This document shows positions 49,401-57,817 of a DNA stretch of 64,000 nucleotides, piece after piece. The stretch covers positions 6,667-70,666 of the forward strand of contig JAVCCM010000059.1 in assembly GCA_030765455.1 (NCBI GenBank), in the 5' to 3' direction. How positions within the stretch are numbered: position 1 is the stretch's first letter; each line of letters begins with the position of its first letter. A program made the translations under genes and the position numbers. Origin of the DNA: Candidatus Electryonea clarkiae. GTDB taxonomy: Bacteria; Electryoneota; Electryoneia; Electryoneales; Electryoneaceae. Below the pieces are notes generated by a model that did not search any database, was not told where the DNA came from, and worked only from the letters and a program-made list of their open reading frames with translations.

Positions 49401-49489
49401 GTTTGTGAAAGAGTAATCCCATTAGCATTACCAAAATGCATAATCGCAAAACTCACTAATAGGTACAAACGAAGATACTTTGCTGTCAT
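46484..49489 (-). CDS. S8 peptidase with carboxypeptidase-regulatory-like, Ig-like and beta-propeller domains and a T9SS-type tail
   Basis: DTGVD, HGTGVA, SAGN, FTSYAAP; GSVSGTAIDANTDEPL; GLTWD/DLAFDG/SIAWD blades; VYPNPFNS. Confidence 0.85.
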   Translation of the reverse strand: MTAKYLRLYLLVSFAIMHFGNANGITLSQTTRLVSKPTKSNEPVSVVVLMSVRPDAEYLQEMVNGLPRKERSQLISEELHLLAKKSQGSLFGFLKSEYSRGKVKKFKSIPICNALKITADSEIILEISRRHDVSAIIADDNAESSIEYGDYELDDVSWQLDLINAREVWADGYMGEGILIAIIDTGVDYTNVNLENRLWDGGDEYPNHGYDFHNDDNDPMDDEGHGTGVAAILVGDGSEGDTTGVAPEATLMILKVRQDMVTGLVSSAWEAQQFALDQGADIIHMSLGWAEPDEGDRAIWRSNYNLLNAAGIVCVKSAGNNRMISVPPNAISVPGGVPSPWRHPDEIEEGGLSGLITVGATGADDTVSTVSSPGPVTWIDVEPWFDYTYDDDHAGLIKPDLTAPSTGFTSYAAPVVSGIAALMLSKALELLPAEIDELLETTALDLGVEGKDNDYGAGRVQADEAVDAIYLPMGSVSGTAIDANTDEPLEGLVVYVLERRRCRDTTNVDGEYEFQLPVGQNPILAKLLASPVYEAGNVTIEEDQNVELNFEYPSGIFSMTPESLWVRLNDDNPDETFDLTFRNSGTLEYDLSLEIKPDIEDTVEYIDLLSSIIVSDNLGDNRFHGLTWDKGIFYISGSTNQGEANVIYKFSEDDEYLGSILQPGHQDSLPGMTDLAFDGSNIWGIDGSSIYSITPDSGNIIDELESPYHGIVSIAWDEDRENLWIASGDNDILAIDPMDGSVSDTILNNLTIAGLGYYQDDEDGYPLFLAIEDSVRHRSLFKVDPETGQNLQVSEELNTSLGGTLRGLSVVDGYNKYFQVVVSIAYRIDYVIVAIWKLDAVLWGVTLERNSLTIEPDGVENVVLNLNSSGLPDDYYRGFVYTSYTAGAGETIMPVTMRVDFADVPLSEIVENPSNYSISNVYPNPFNSTAIIRYSLPERADIKLKIYDILGREVETIRRGLHLPGSYEIQYGSTIISSGVYFLTIESNNNINAVRKIVILK

Positions 49490-49684
49490 TGCAATTTAGA
49501 CACTTGAGTGATCGAAACTGTTAAGTTCTTTCCTAAATAATTGAATATCAGTCATTCTGAACCGTATCTAGTGATCTTTAATTAACACGGTTCCAGTTAA
49601 TAATATAAGGATTTTATTGCAGGTATGCAGTCAGGGATTTGAAAGCGGTAATCACAATTAATTTTCATTCAGCAGAAATAACTT

Positions 49685-50551
49685 TTAATCACCCCATCTC
49701 AATTTTTGCCTTAATATCTGGTAAAAATAACGCCCCTCAAAATTAACCAGCGGTGCTATAAAAGACGCCCGTTCAACAACCAATGTGCATCCATTTTCCA
49801 GTTTGCAGGCTTCCTGACCGTCAATATTGATGTTCACATAACCAAGTTTGCTCTCAGACAGGATACGAATTGTTTTGTCATCAGATATTATCAGAGGCCG
49901 GTTACTCAAGGAATGCGGATTAAGAGGAGTAAATATAATTCCCGCCATTTTCGGTTCAATAATTGGTCCCCCGGCAGACAGGTTATAGCCGGTTGAACCA
50001 GTTGGAGTTGAAACAATAATTCCATCAGCACGATAATTATTAAGAAATTCTCCATCAATAGTCGTGTGGAGATTTATCATCAATGAATAGCTGCCCTTGT
50101 CGATGACAATATCGTTTAAAGCATACCAGGGACCGTGTTTGTCGCAATCTTCGATGCTTGCACGAAGAACCATTCTTTTTTCAGCTTCCCAACGTCCGGC
50201 AAGCAAATCTTCTGTTCGCTCGTGAATATCTTCCGGTCCGGCAGCGGTCAAATACCCTAATCCACCCATATTGACGCCGAGTACCGGCGTCTCACATCCA
50301 CCAAGCAGCCTGACAGTATTCAGCAGGGTGCCGTCACCTCCAAAACTGAGTACAATATCTGTAGTATTGCAGAAATTTTCAGGACTTTCTTTCCCGATTT
50401 TACTTAAACTTTTGAATGATTCAAACTCGGAAGATAAGATATAGTCTATATTCTTATCTTCCAGCCAGTTGATATACTCTGAAAGGAAACCCTCAAGTTC
50501 ACGTTTAACAGGGTTTCCGGCAAGACCAAGAATCAGCTTTTTATTTTCCAT
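49685..50551 (-). CDS. nadK: NAD kinase
   Basis: GGDGTLL, G.LGYL, ALND, ADG..VSTPTGSTGYNLSAGGP. Confidence 0.93.
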   Translation of the reverse strand: MENKKLILGLAGNPVKRELEGFLSEYINWLEDKNIDYILSSEFESFKSLSKIGKESPENFCNTTDIVLSFGGDGTLLNTVRLLGGCETPVLGVNMGGLGYLTAAGPEDIHERTEDLLAGRWEAEKRMVLRASIEDCDKHGPWYALNDIVIDKGSYSLMINLHTTIDGEFLNNYRADGIIVSTPTGSTGYNLSAGGPIIEPKMAGIIFTPLNPHSLSNRPLIISDDKTIRILSESKLGYVNINIDGQEACKLENGCTLVVERASFIAPLVNFEGRYFYQILRQKLRWGD

Positions 50552-50564
50552 CGATTCAGCTCAC

Positions 50565-50786
50565 TTATTCCAACTCAAACGGCTCAGTTTCACCCGATTC
50601 GAGCAGACCGCGGACCCTAACTTGTGCTTTATCAAGTTTATCCCGGCATCGTTTAAGCAGTCCCTGTCCTTCTTCGAATAGTTTCAGGCTCTCTTCGAGA
50701 TTCAGTCCTCCATCCTCAAGACGATCAACAATTGTTTCGAGGTTGGCAAGATCTTTTTCAAAACCTGATGATTTCTCATCATTCAT
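50565..50786 (-). CDS. xseB: Exodeoxyribonuclease VII small subunit
   Basis: FEKDLANLETIV..LEESLKLFEEG..C..L; adjacent to xseA. Confidence 0.93.
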   Translation of the reverse strand: MNDEKSSGFEKDLANLETIVDRLEDGGLNLEESLKLFEEGQGLLKRCRDKLDKAQVRVRGLLESGETEPFELE

Positions 50787-52006
50787 TATTTTGCCTTAAT
50801 TTCTGAAATTTTTGCCTTTGCCTGACCTTTAGCAAGAACAAGTTTAATATAATCATCGAGTGCAAGATTTCCAGCATCGGTGACCACTTTATCGTCTTTA
50901 ATTACTATCGAGTAACCCCGGTTCAATACGCCAAGCGGCGATAATGCTTTCAACCGGCTTTCAAATTTTTCAATGACGTCATTTATATTATTCAGCCCTG
51001 TTGCCAGGGATTTTTTCCCTCTCGCCTCCAGATCGTCCAATTGCTGAATATACTGATTTAACCGGTCCGGGAGACGTTTTAATCCATAAGCTCCGGCAGA
51101 TTTCTCCAGCCTGAGATTAAATGTTTCCAACGAACCTGTAATTGAACGGGAAAGCCTGAGTTTTAGGTGGTCAATCCGGCTGCGAAGCTCTATACGGTCA
51201 CTCGTTGCCAACTCCGCCGCTCCGGTGGGAGTGGGCGCTCGAAGGTCTGCGGCAAGATCAGCTAATGTTGTGTCGGTTTCATGTCCGACTCCGGAAATTA
51301 TCGGGATAGGACATTCCGTAATAGCCCTGACTGTCTTTTCTTCATTAAAAGCCCAGAGGTCTTCAATTGAACCTCCGCCCCGCCCCACTATAATTACTTC
51401 AGGTGCGGGTGAGTATTGAGCTAATTGATTGATTGCTCCCGCAATCTCCGAAGCCGCGCCATCACCCTGTACTTTTGCTGCAACAAAGAGAACATCCAGA
51501 TCAAATGCTCTTCTTGAGAGTGTGACCAGGATGTCGCGGATAGCGGCACCGCTCGATGATGTGATTACGCCAATAGTTCGGGGAAATCGTGGAATAGGTT
51601 TTTTCCGGTCAGATTCAAAAAGCCCCTCCCCTGCAAGCCGGGCTTTCAGCTTCTCGAATTCTGCGGCTAACGCACCCTGTCCCGATGGTTGAATCGCCTC
51701 GATCTCGAACTGATACTTGCCACCTTTTTCATAAACGACGAGGCGCCCGTATAGGAGCGCTTCCTGACCGTCCGCCGGACGGAATTCTAGCCGTTGAACC
51801 CGTGATCTCCACATCACTCCGGAAATCTGGGCACCGGCATCTTTCAGTGTAAGGTATAGATGTCCGCTTCGGTGAAAATTTATTCCACTGATTTCACCTC
51901 GCAGCCAGACCGCTGGAAATTGTGTCTCCAGCAATTGTCTGATTTCACGGGTGATCTCACTAACCGTGAAAATCTGTGAAGGATCGATTACTTGCGGAAA
52001 AGCCAC
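50786..52006 (-). CDS. xseA: Exodeoxyribonuclease VII large subunit
   Basis: SGHLYLTLKD, RGGGSIEDLWAFN, GHETD, RAPTPT, LSP..RGYS. Confidence 0.95.
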   Translation of the reverse strand: MAFPQVIDPSQIFTVSEITREIRQLLETQFPAVWLRGEISGINFHRSGHLYLTLKDAGAQISGVMWRSRVQRLEFRPADGQEALLYGRLVVYEKGGKYQFEIEAIQPSGQGALAAEFEKLKARLAGEGLFESDRKKPIPRFPRTIGVITSSSGAAIRDILVTLSRRAFDLDVLFVAAKVQGDGAASEIAGAINQLAQYSPAPEVIIVGRGGGSIEDLWAFNEEKTVRAITECPIPIISGVGHETDTTLADLAADLRAPTPTGAAELATSDRIELRSRIDHLKLRLSRSITGSLETFNLRLEKSAGAYGLKRLPDRLNQYIQQLDDLEARGKKSLATGLNNINDVIEKFESRLKALSPLGVLNRGYSIVIKDDKVVTDAGNLALDDYIKLVLAKGQAKAKISEIKAK

Positions 52007-52197
52007 AGCAGCACCGATAAAATTACACTGAGCAACAAACTGGTCGCCAACGGGATAAAGATACGCATTGGTCCTTTATGGATAATGATATCACCCGGGA
52101 GGCGTCCCAGTCCGATTTTAGAACCGAATAAAAGGAATAATCCTGCCACGGCAAGGATCAGTCCGACAACTATCAGTAATCGACCCAGATCCTGCAA
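51988..52197 (-). CDS. DUF2905 family small membrane protein
   Basis: LGRLPGDI..FIPLATSLLLS. Confidence 0.85.
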   Translation of the reverse strand: MQDLGRLLIVVGLILAVAGLFLLFGSKIGLGRLPGDIIIHKGPMRIFIPLATSLLLSVILSVLLWLFRK

Positions 52198-52208
52198 GAC
52201 AACTCCTT

Positions 52209-52304
52209 CTACCTGATTTTTTTCTTATGACGATCTCTCTTACGACGCTTTTTCCTTTTATGCGTCGCGATCTTCAAACGTTTGCGTTTACGTCCGCAAG
52301 GCAA
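52209..52304 (-). CDS. Small basic AURKAIP1/COX24-domain protein (bS22/mS38-like), not in the ORF track
   Basis: Hand translation from TTG: MPCGRKRKRLKIATHKRKKRRKRDRHKKKIR (31 aa); GGAG 6 nt upstream. Confidence 0.85.
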   Translation of the reverse strand: MPCGRKRKRLKIATHKRKKRRKRDRHKKKIR

Positions 52305-52386
52305 TGTGATCTCCAGTCAGTTTATATATAATGAATTTTCTTTTTTGCTTTTTACTACTGTTGTTCATAAATAAACAATTGATTGT

Positions 52387-52418
52387 AAAAAAAAGGAGGG
52401 CGAGCGCAACTGCTCGCC
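52387..52418 (-). terminator. Terminator- or attenuator-like hairpin upstream of the bS22-like gene
   Basis: Minus strand reads GGCGAGC-agttgc-GCTCGCC-CTCC-T8. Confidence 0.45.
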
Positions 52419-52451
52419 AAACCGTTTAATCTGTATTTTCAATTACAACAA

Positions 52452-52480
52452 AAAATAAGCGATAAAATACGTATTTTCAA
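52452..52480 (-). promoter_or_regulatory. Putative sigma70 promoter
   Basis: TTGAAA-17 nt-TATTTT on the minus strand. Confidence 0.35.
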
Positions 52481-52554
52481 GGCAAACCTTGGCTCTGTTC
52501 TCTGATGATTCTATGAATGCTGGACTCCTATCCATATCATTCGATGAGTTGACC

Positions 52555-52648
52555 AGTAGATCCCTTTCGTCGAAAGGGATTTGAACAAATAAACCAAAGA
52601 ATACTTACGTAGCCCACCCGAAATCCCTTTCAACGAAAGGGATCTACT
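52555..52648. repeat. GTAG-type REP doublet (REPIN-like)
   Basis: AGTAGATCCCTTTCGTCGAAAGGGATTT at 52555-52582 and its inverse (1 mismatch) at 52621-52648; each arm is itself a hairpin. Confidence 0.8.
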
Positions 52649-52709
52649 CTCACTCATATGTGAATTGTAGCAATAACGTAATAAATATAACATCAATCGA
52701 AAAAAAGCC

Positions 52710-52735
52710 GTCATTGCGAAGAATGAAGCAATCCC
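52710..52735 (+). repeat. Single arm of a GTCATT-type palindromic repeat
   Basis: GTCATTGCGAAGAATGAAGCAATCCC, no partner arm nearby. Confidence 0.5.
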
Positions 52736-53071
52736 CTGATTCATCGTAACTAACTTATTATTAAATATGCTGATATTAATAGTCCGCTTGAATCAAGGAC
52801 CAAGCTACATTATTAATATGAAAATATTATTAATAAATATTATATAACAATTGATTTTTAATTCCAAGATCGTTATAATAGTATACCCCGCAAAAATATA
52901 TGTTCCGAGGAGTTGCTATGTCTTTTTTGATTGGTAAGCCTTATTCGGATAATTCAAAAAGCGGATTGAAAAATAATCCGTTCAAAAATGTTTGTCTCCC
53001 ATTTCAATCTTCCAGTATCTCAATTCAATGGAGAACTCTTTGTTTACTCAACAGATAATTAAGGAGTAGAA

Positions 53072-53902
53072 GTGTTTATAAAGATCACAAATACAGCGCT
53101 TATAATGCTGATTCTTGTAGTTTTAAGCAGTTGTACAATTAACGAATGCGATTGCCCGGTAGCGGTTGAAGATCAGCCACAAGTTATCTATGTGCCTGAA
53201 GATTACGAGACACTCCAGGCGGCGATTAATGCTGCTGAGGAGGGCGACACAATCAGGGTCGGACCGGGGACGTATAACGAAGGTTTGAACTTCTTCGGGA
53301 AAAATGTCTGGTTTGAAAGTACTGACGGTCCTGAAGTGACGATTATTGACGCTACTGGATGGACTTATGGTATTTATTTGAGTTTAGGAGAAGATACTAC
53401 TTTAGTAATTAGAGGATTTACTATTGAGAAAGCAATTTATAATGGTATTAATGCAAGCGATGCTTCATTCTCTATGTACAATTGTATAATAAGAAACAAT
53501 GCCGAATACGGCATAGCTTGCAATTTAGGATCACATGCAATTATTGAAAACTGTGTAACAGATAACAATGGGACAAACATTGGAATCGCCTATTCCTGGG
53601 GAAGATTGATTAACACCATCTCAGTGAATGCTAACCGTTATGGCATTTGGAATATTGCCATTTATCCAAGCGCTTTAAATTATGGTTATAATATATATTA
53701 TAATAATGAGACAAATTTCAACGATCCTCCTTTACACGCTGAAACCGATTTACTTCAAAATCCTCTTTTTGTGAACGGTACATATCGCCTTGACGAAGAT
53801 TCACCATGCATTGACACTGGACACCCTCAAATTATTGACATAGATGAAACACGAAGCGATATAGGGGTCTATGGAGGACCTTATGCATATCAAATGCAAT
53901 GA
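53072..53902 (+). CDS. Lipoprotein with right-handed parallel beta-helix repeats
   Basis: LSSC lipobox; VPEDYETLQAAINAA..GDTI.V.PGTY; SPCIDTG..SDIGVYGG cap; AAGGAG RBS before GTG. Confidence 0.8.
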   Translation: MFIKITNTALIMLILVVLSSCTINECDCPVAVEDQPQVIYVPEDYETLQAAINAAEEGDTIRVGPGTYNEGLNFFGKNVWFESTDGPEVTIIDATGWTYGIYLSLGEDTTLVIRGFTIEKAIYNGINASDASFSMYNCIIRNNAEYGIACNLGSHAIIENCVTDNNGTNIGIAYSWGRLINTISVNANRYGIWNIAIYPSALNYGYNIYYNNETNFNDPPLHAETDLLQNPLFVNGTYRLDEDSPCIDTGHPQIIDIDETRSDIGVYGGPYAYQMQ

Positions 53903-53937
53903 AGTAATTACATATTGGCCGAATACAACAATTTGTT

Positions 53938-54023
53938 CAACCCATTCAGGGTTGATATTATTGTGTTTTCCATTCCTCCACGGGTTTTACCCGTGGCTAT
54001 TCATGTTTATCTCCTTCGGAGAT
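53938..54023. repeat. Three-hairpin REP-like element
   Basis: CAACCC-ATTCA-GGGTTG, CCACGGGT-TTT-ACCCGTGG and ATCTCC-TTC-GGAGAT in series between convergent genes. Confidence 0.6.
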
Positions 54024-54204
54024 ATTTCTTTGAAACAATGAAAATCTTCATCCAGAGATATTTGCGATGAAACGAAGAATATCTTCATCTTGTAAAACAA
54101 ATCTGAATACTTTCATAAAACCGATCTGAACCCACTTAACAGAATAGATATGAATACCCTGTCGTAATCAGAATTCATTGGTTTTCGGTTAGATACCAGA
54201 AGTA

Positions 54205-54486
54205 TTACTTGTTTACTTTATCTTTCAATTTCATTGATGCCTTGAAAACGGGGACTTTTTTGGCTGGTACATGAATACCTTCCCCTGTGCGGGGATTTAC
54301 TGCGTTTCGTTCTGCACGATCATCAACTTTGAAAGTCCCGAAGCCACGCATTTCAATCCTGCCGCCTTTTTCAAGTTCATCGGATAAGGTTTCCAGCATA
54401 CCATCAACGACTGCCGCCACGTCGATCAAGGTTAAGCCGGTACCTTGGGCGATGCTTTTCGTTATATCTGCTTTTGTCATGGTCAT
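54205..54486 (-). CDS. hup: HU/IHF family DNA-binding protein
   Basis: MTKADI, RGFGTF, RNAVNPRTGE, VPVFKAS. Confidence 0.9.
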   Translation of the reverse strand: MTMTKADITKSIAQGTGLTLIDVAAVVDGMLETLSDELEKGGRIEMRGFGTFKVDDRAERNAVNPRTGEGIHVPAKKVPVFKASMKLKDKVNK

Positions 54487-55388
54487 TATTCCGGTCTCCA
54501 GCGATATTGAAATTTTGGTTGTGACTCTAATCTTTTTTGAACTGTTCGGACACTTTCATCAAGCAACTCGTCAAGCCAGTCAATTGGATGCTTTTTAGGT
54601 GGTTTTGCGATTTTTGGTTCTTCACCAAGACCGCTTATTTCCCCGGCTATCCTGATGGCTTCATATTGATCGCCGATAAGGTCAATCAATCCCAATTCAT
54701 GCGCCTGTCTTCCTGTGAATACACGTCCATCCGCGACCTTCTTAACCTGCTCAATCTCCATATTTCTTTCGAGAGCAACTGCTTCGGTAAATTGATCATA
54801 CGCATCATCAACATAATTCTGAAGGTATTTACGGTCTTTTGCTGTTAAATCACGAAAGGGCCATCCGGTATCTTTATATTCGCCGCTCTTAATCATTTCG
54901 GCATCTATACCAATTTTTTCCATTAGCTCATAAAATTGCGTCAATTCCATCAGAACACCAATCGAACCGGTTGTCGTTCCTGGATTAGCAACGATAGTAT
55001 CAGCACCAATCGCTGCGTAGTAACCACCGCTTGCCGCCACACTCCCCAATGAAGCAATTACCGGTTTAGCCTTTCGTGCACGACTGATTGCAGAATAAAG
55101 CTCCTGCGATGCCGCCACTCCTCCACCAGGGCTGTCGATTCGAATAACTATAGCCTTGACCTTCTCTTCAAGCCGGAATGCATCAATTTGCTCACACCAG
55201 CGGCGCGCATCGTAGATAGGTCCGATGATATCGACCAGCCCCACCCTGTCACCTCGAATCATATCCATCTCGATACCGCTTCCACCGGAAGGCTGCCTGA
55301 ATGCCATCGAAGCAATAAGGATGATTATTATTAATCCTCCGATAAGGACAAATGCGGCAATAGCATCGCTTCTGCCTTTTCTATTCAT
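54486..55388 (-). CDS. sppA: Signal peptide peptidase SppA (36K type)
   Basis: RIDSPGG, AASGGYY, TGSIGV, KSGEYKD, DGRVFTG. Confidence 0.93.
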   Translation of the reverse strand: MNRKGRSDAIAAFVLIGGLIIIILIASMAFRQPSGGSGIEMDMIRGDRVGLVDIIGPIYDARRWCEQIDAFRLEEKVKAIVIRIDSPGGGVAASQELYSAISRARKAKPVIASLGSVAASGGYYAAIGADTIVANPGTTTGSIGVLMELTQFYELMEKIGIDAEMIKSGEYKDTGWPFRDLTAKDRKYLQNYVDDAYDQFTEAVALERNMEIEQVKKVADGRVFTGRQAHELGLIDLIGDQYEAIRIAGEISGLGEEPKIAKPPKKHPIDWLDELLDESVRTVQKRLESQPKFQYRWRPE

Positions 55389-57544
55389 CAGGCTCCTCCT
55401 GAAGTGTGAATTATAAGTCTATCACCAATTTTCAACCGGCGTGGATTCTTAATATTGTTCCAATTTTTCAGGTCTTTCACCGTTACATTATATTGTAAAG
55501 CAACCTTTGCAAGGGTATCACCTTTTCTAATTGTATAATATACTATTGCTGAACTCTCCGAAGACGAACCTGATAAACTTGGAATTACAAGCTGGTTTCC
55601 AGGATGAATTGCTGAACGATTGGATAAATTGTTCACGTAGAGTAGATCATCCAGATCAACGCCAAATTTCACAGCAATAGCCCAGGGGGAATCACCTCGT
55701 CTAATTGTATATTTTCCACCTGCATTTAAATTCGGGGGTCCGGCAAATTCAGTAACCGGCTTTTTCTTACTTTGCTTTTTCGCAAATCCTTGTGGTTGGT
55801 AAACTATCAAACGTTGACCGGGATAAATAACACTCCTTGGTGATTTACCATTCCACCTCAGTAATTTCGACAATCCTACATGATGTTTTTCGGCTATTCC
55901 AGACAGAGTTTCCCCTCTCCTCACAATGTGTATCTCTTCCTCGGCACCGCTTGGAATATCAGGATCAGAATAATCTTTAACACCTGCAAAACTGTAGTTG
56001 CTGCCTAGAGAAACAGGCACTAAAAGCCACTGATATTCTCGAAGACTGTGAATATTTTTGATCCTGTTCGCCGGAACGTCTTTGATTGCTTGCATTGATG
56101 TATGGTATTTCTCTGCTATATACGATAGTGACTCACCTGCACGTACCCTGTGTCTCACCCATGAGGTCTTTTCCCCATCGGGAATTGTAGCAAATTTAGC
56201 TTCAAAATCTTCATTCATCCCGGAAGGAACATTGATTGTGATTTGTTCACGATTTGGAGGCGTACACCATCGAATAATTGCCGGGTTCAGCTTTCTAAGC
56301 GTTTCAACATCACTACCTATTACCTTGGCAAGCACACTGAGGTCAACACATTCTGACACGATAACCTGGTCTTTCTTTACCGGATCTACATAATTGGGAG
56401 GCTCGAAACCGTATTCGGTTGGATTTTTCGCGATCCTTCTCGCAGCAAGAAACGTGGGTAAGTATCCTCGAGTCTGCCTGGGAAGTTTCCTGAGTTTCCA
56501 AAAATCCCTGCTGTTGGAACGCCGGATCTCCCGTTTAACTCTGCCCTCGCCACAATTGTACCCCGCCATTGCCAGATACCAATCACCCGTATGCTCATAT
56601 AATTGACGCAGGTATCGAGCGGCAGCCGCTGCTGCCAGCTCAGGATCACGGCGCTGATCATACCACCAATCCATTTCAAGATTAAATATCTTACCTGTGG
56701 AATATATGAACTGCCAGGGTCCTACAGCTTTTGCATAACTCCTGGCATCAGTCCTGAAACCGGATTCGATCATTGACAGGTAAACCAAATCCTCCGGAAC
56801 CCCGTGAGCTTTCAATATCGGCTTCATTCTTGGAATATACTCTCCGGCTCTTTCAAGCCAGACCGTCATGGCTTTCCTGCCTCGCTCAGTATTGGTAAAA
56901 TACTCAATTACATTCTCAACTTTTTTGTTTGTCGTATCTGGAATTTGAGGTAATATGATGATTTCACTGACGGTTGAATCAAGTTCCACATATACACTGT
57001 CAGGCACCAAAACATCAAGCAAACTGTCAGGAGATATAAGAGCGACGGCGCTGTCTAATAATGACGAAAGTGTATCTTCGAGTACCTCTACATCCAGTGT
57101 ACTTAAACCTTCTGCACCGGGACCGACCACTTCACCAGCTCGTGAAAAGCTCTCGCAATACCGGCGTGACCATACTGCAAGTGTATCCATCCAGATCGGT
57201 CTGTCTAACGGATCAAGATCGAACAGCGCCTCGGCCAGCTTTTCGACTGCATGTACAAGGGTTTCTTCAGCGTTGATAATATCGCCCGAGGCGAGTAATG
57301 TATCAGCACGCGCTGAAAGGAGTTGTGCATCCTGAATAATTATTAACGGTTCTCTAAAATTCAGGGAAGACAAGTCTGTGTCGGTTATTGATGAATCGAT
57401 TTCATTTGATGTTGAATCGCTATTGATTGTTTTTACATCACCCGTAACATCTTCAGGTTTGGGAATATCTGCCGCAGTATTTGTATATAAACAAGTAGAT
57501 GCTATCAAAGCAGCTAAAATCCAGATATTGATATTTTTAGTCAT
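55388..57544 (-). CDS. mltD: Lytic murein transglycosylase D-like protein (SLT domain + 4 LysM domains)
   Basis: MIESGF, AVGPWQF, AGYNCG; LysM repeats HRVRAGESL, HIVRRGETL, YTIRRGDS, YTIRKGDTL. Confidence 0.88.
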   Translation of the reverse strand: MTKNINIWILAALIASTCLYTNTAADIPKPEDVTGDVKTINSDSTSNEIDSSITDTDLSSLNFREPLIIIQDAQLLSARADTLLASGDIINAEETLVHAVEKLAEALFDLDPLDRPIWMDTLAVWSRRYCESFSRAGEVVGPGAEGLSTLDVEVLEDTLSSLLDSAVALISPDSLLDVLVPDSVYVELDSTVSEIIILPQIPDTTNKKVENVIEYFTNTERGRKAMTVWLERAGEYIPRMKPILKAHGVPEDLVYLSMIESGFRTDARSYAKAVGPWQFIYSTGKIFNLEMDWWYDQRRDPELAAAAAARYLRQLYEHTGDWYLAMAGYNCGEGRVKREIRRSNSRDFWKLRKLPRQTRGYLPTFLAARRIAKNPTEYGFEPPNYVDPVKKDQVIVSECVDLSVLAKVIGSDVETLRKLNPAIIRWCTPPNREQITINVPSGMNEDFEAKFATIPDGEKTSWVRHRVRAGESLSYIAEKYHTSMQAIKDVPANRIKNIHSLREYQWLLVPVSLGSNYSFAGVKDYSDPDIPSGAEEEIHIVRRGETLSGIAEKHHVGLSKLLRWNGKSPRSVIYPGQRLIVYQPQGFAKKQSKKKPVTEFAGPPNLNAGGKYTIRRGDSPWAIAVKFGVDLDDLLYVNNLSNRSAIHPGNQLVIPSLSGSSSESSAIVYYTIRKGDTLAKVALQYNVTVKDLKNWNNIKNPRRLKIGDRLIIHTSGGA

Positions 57545-57817
57545 AACCAAACGTATCCGTTCAAAGCATTGTTGATGAAATATGAATTCACTGAACTTAA
57601 GACAGTGTCATTGTGCTTGCAATACTTATATTAATTGTCGTTCCTGCTCCTTGTCAAAAAAGAATATGGTGTTTACTTTATTATTGAATATTACTATCTG
57701 CATATTCATATTTCCGGCTATCAAAATCAGCGCGAATATAGCAGTAGATATTTCATTAACGATACTGGTCTTTTATAGTTTCTTCTTTCGTAGTATTTAG
57801 AATATAAAGGATTTCCC

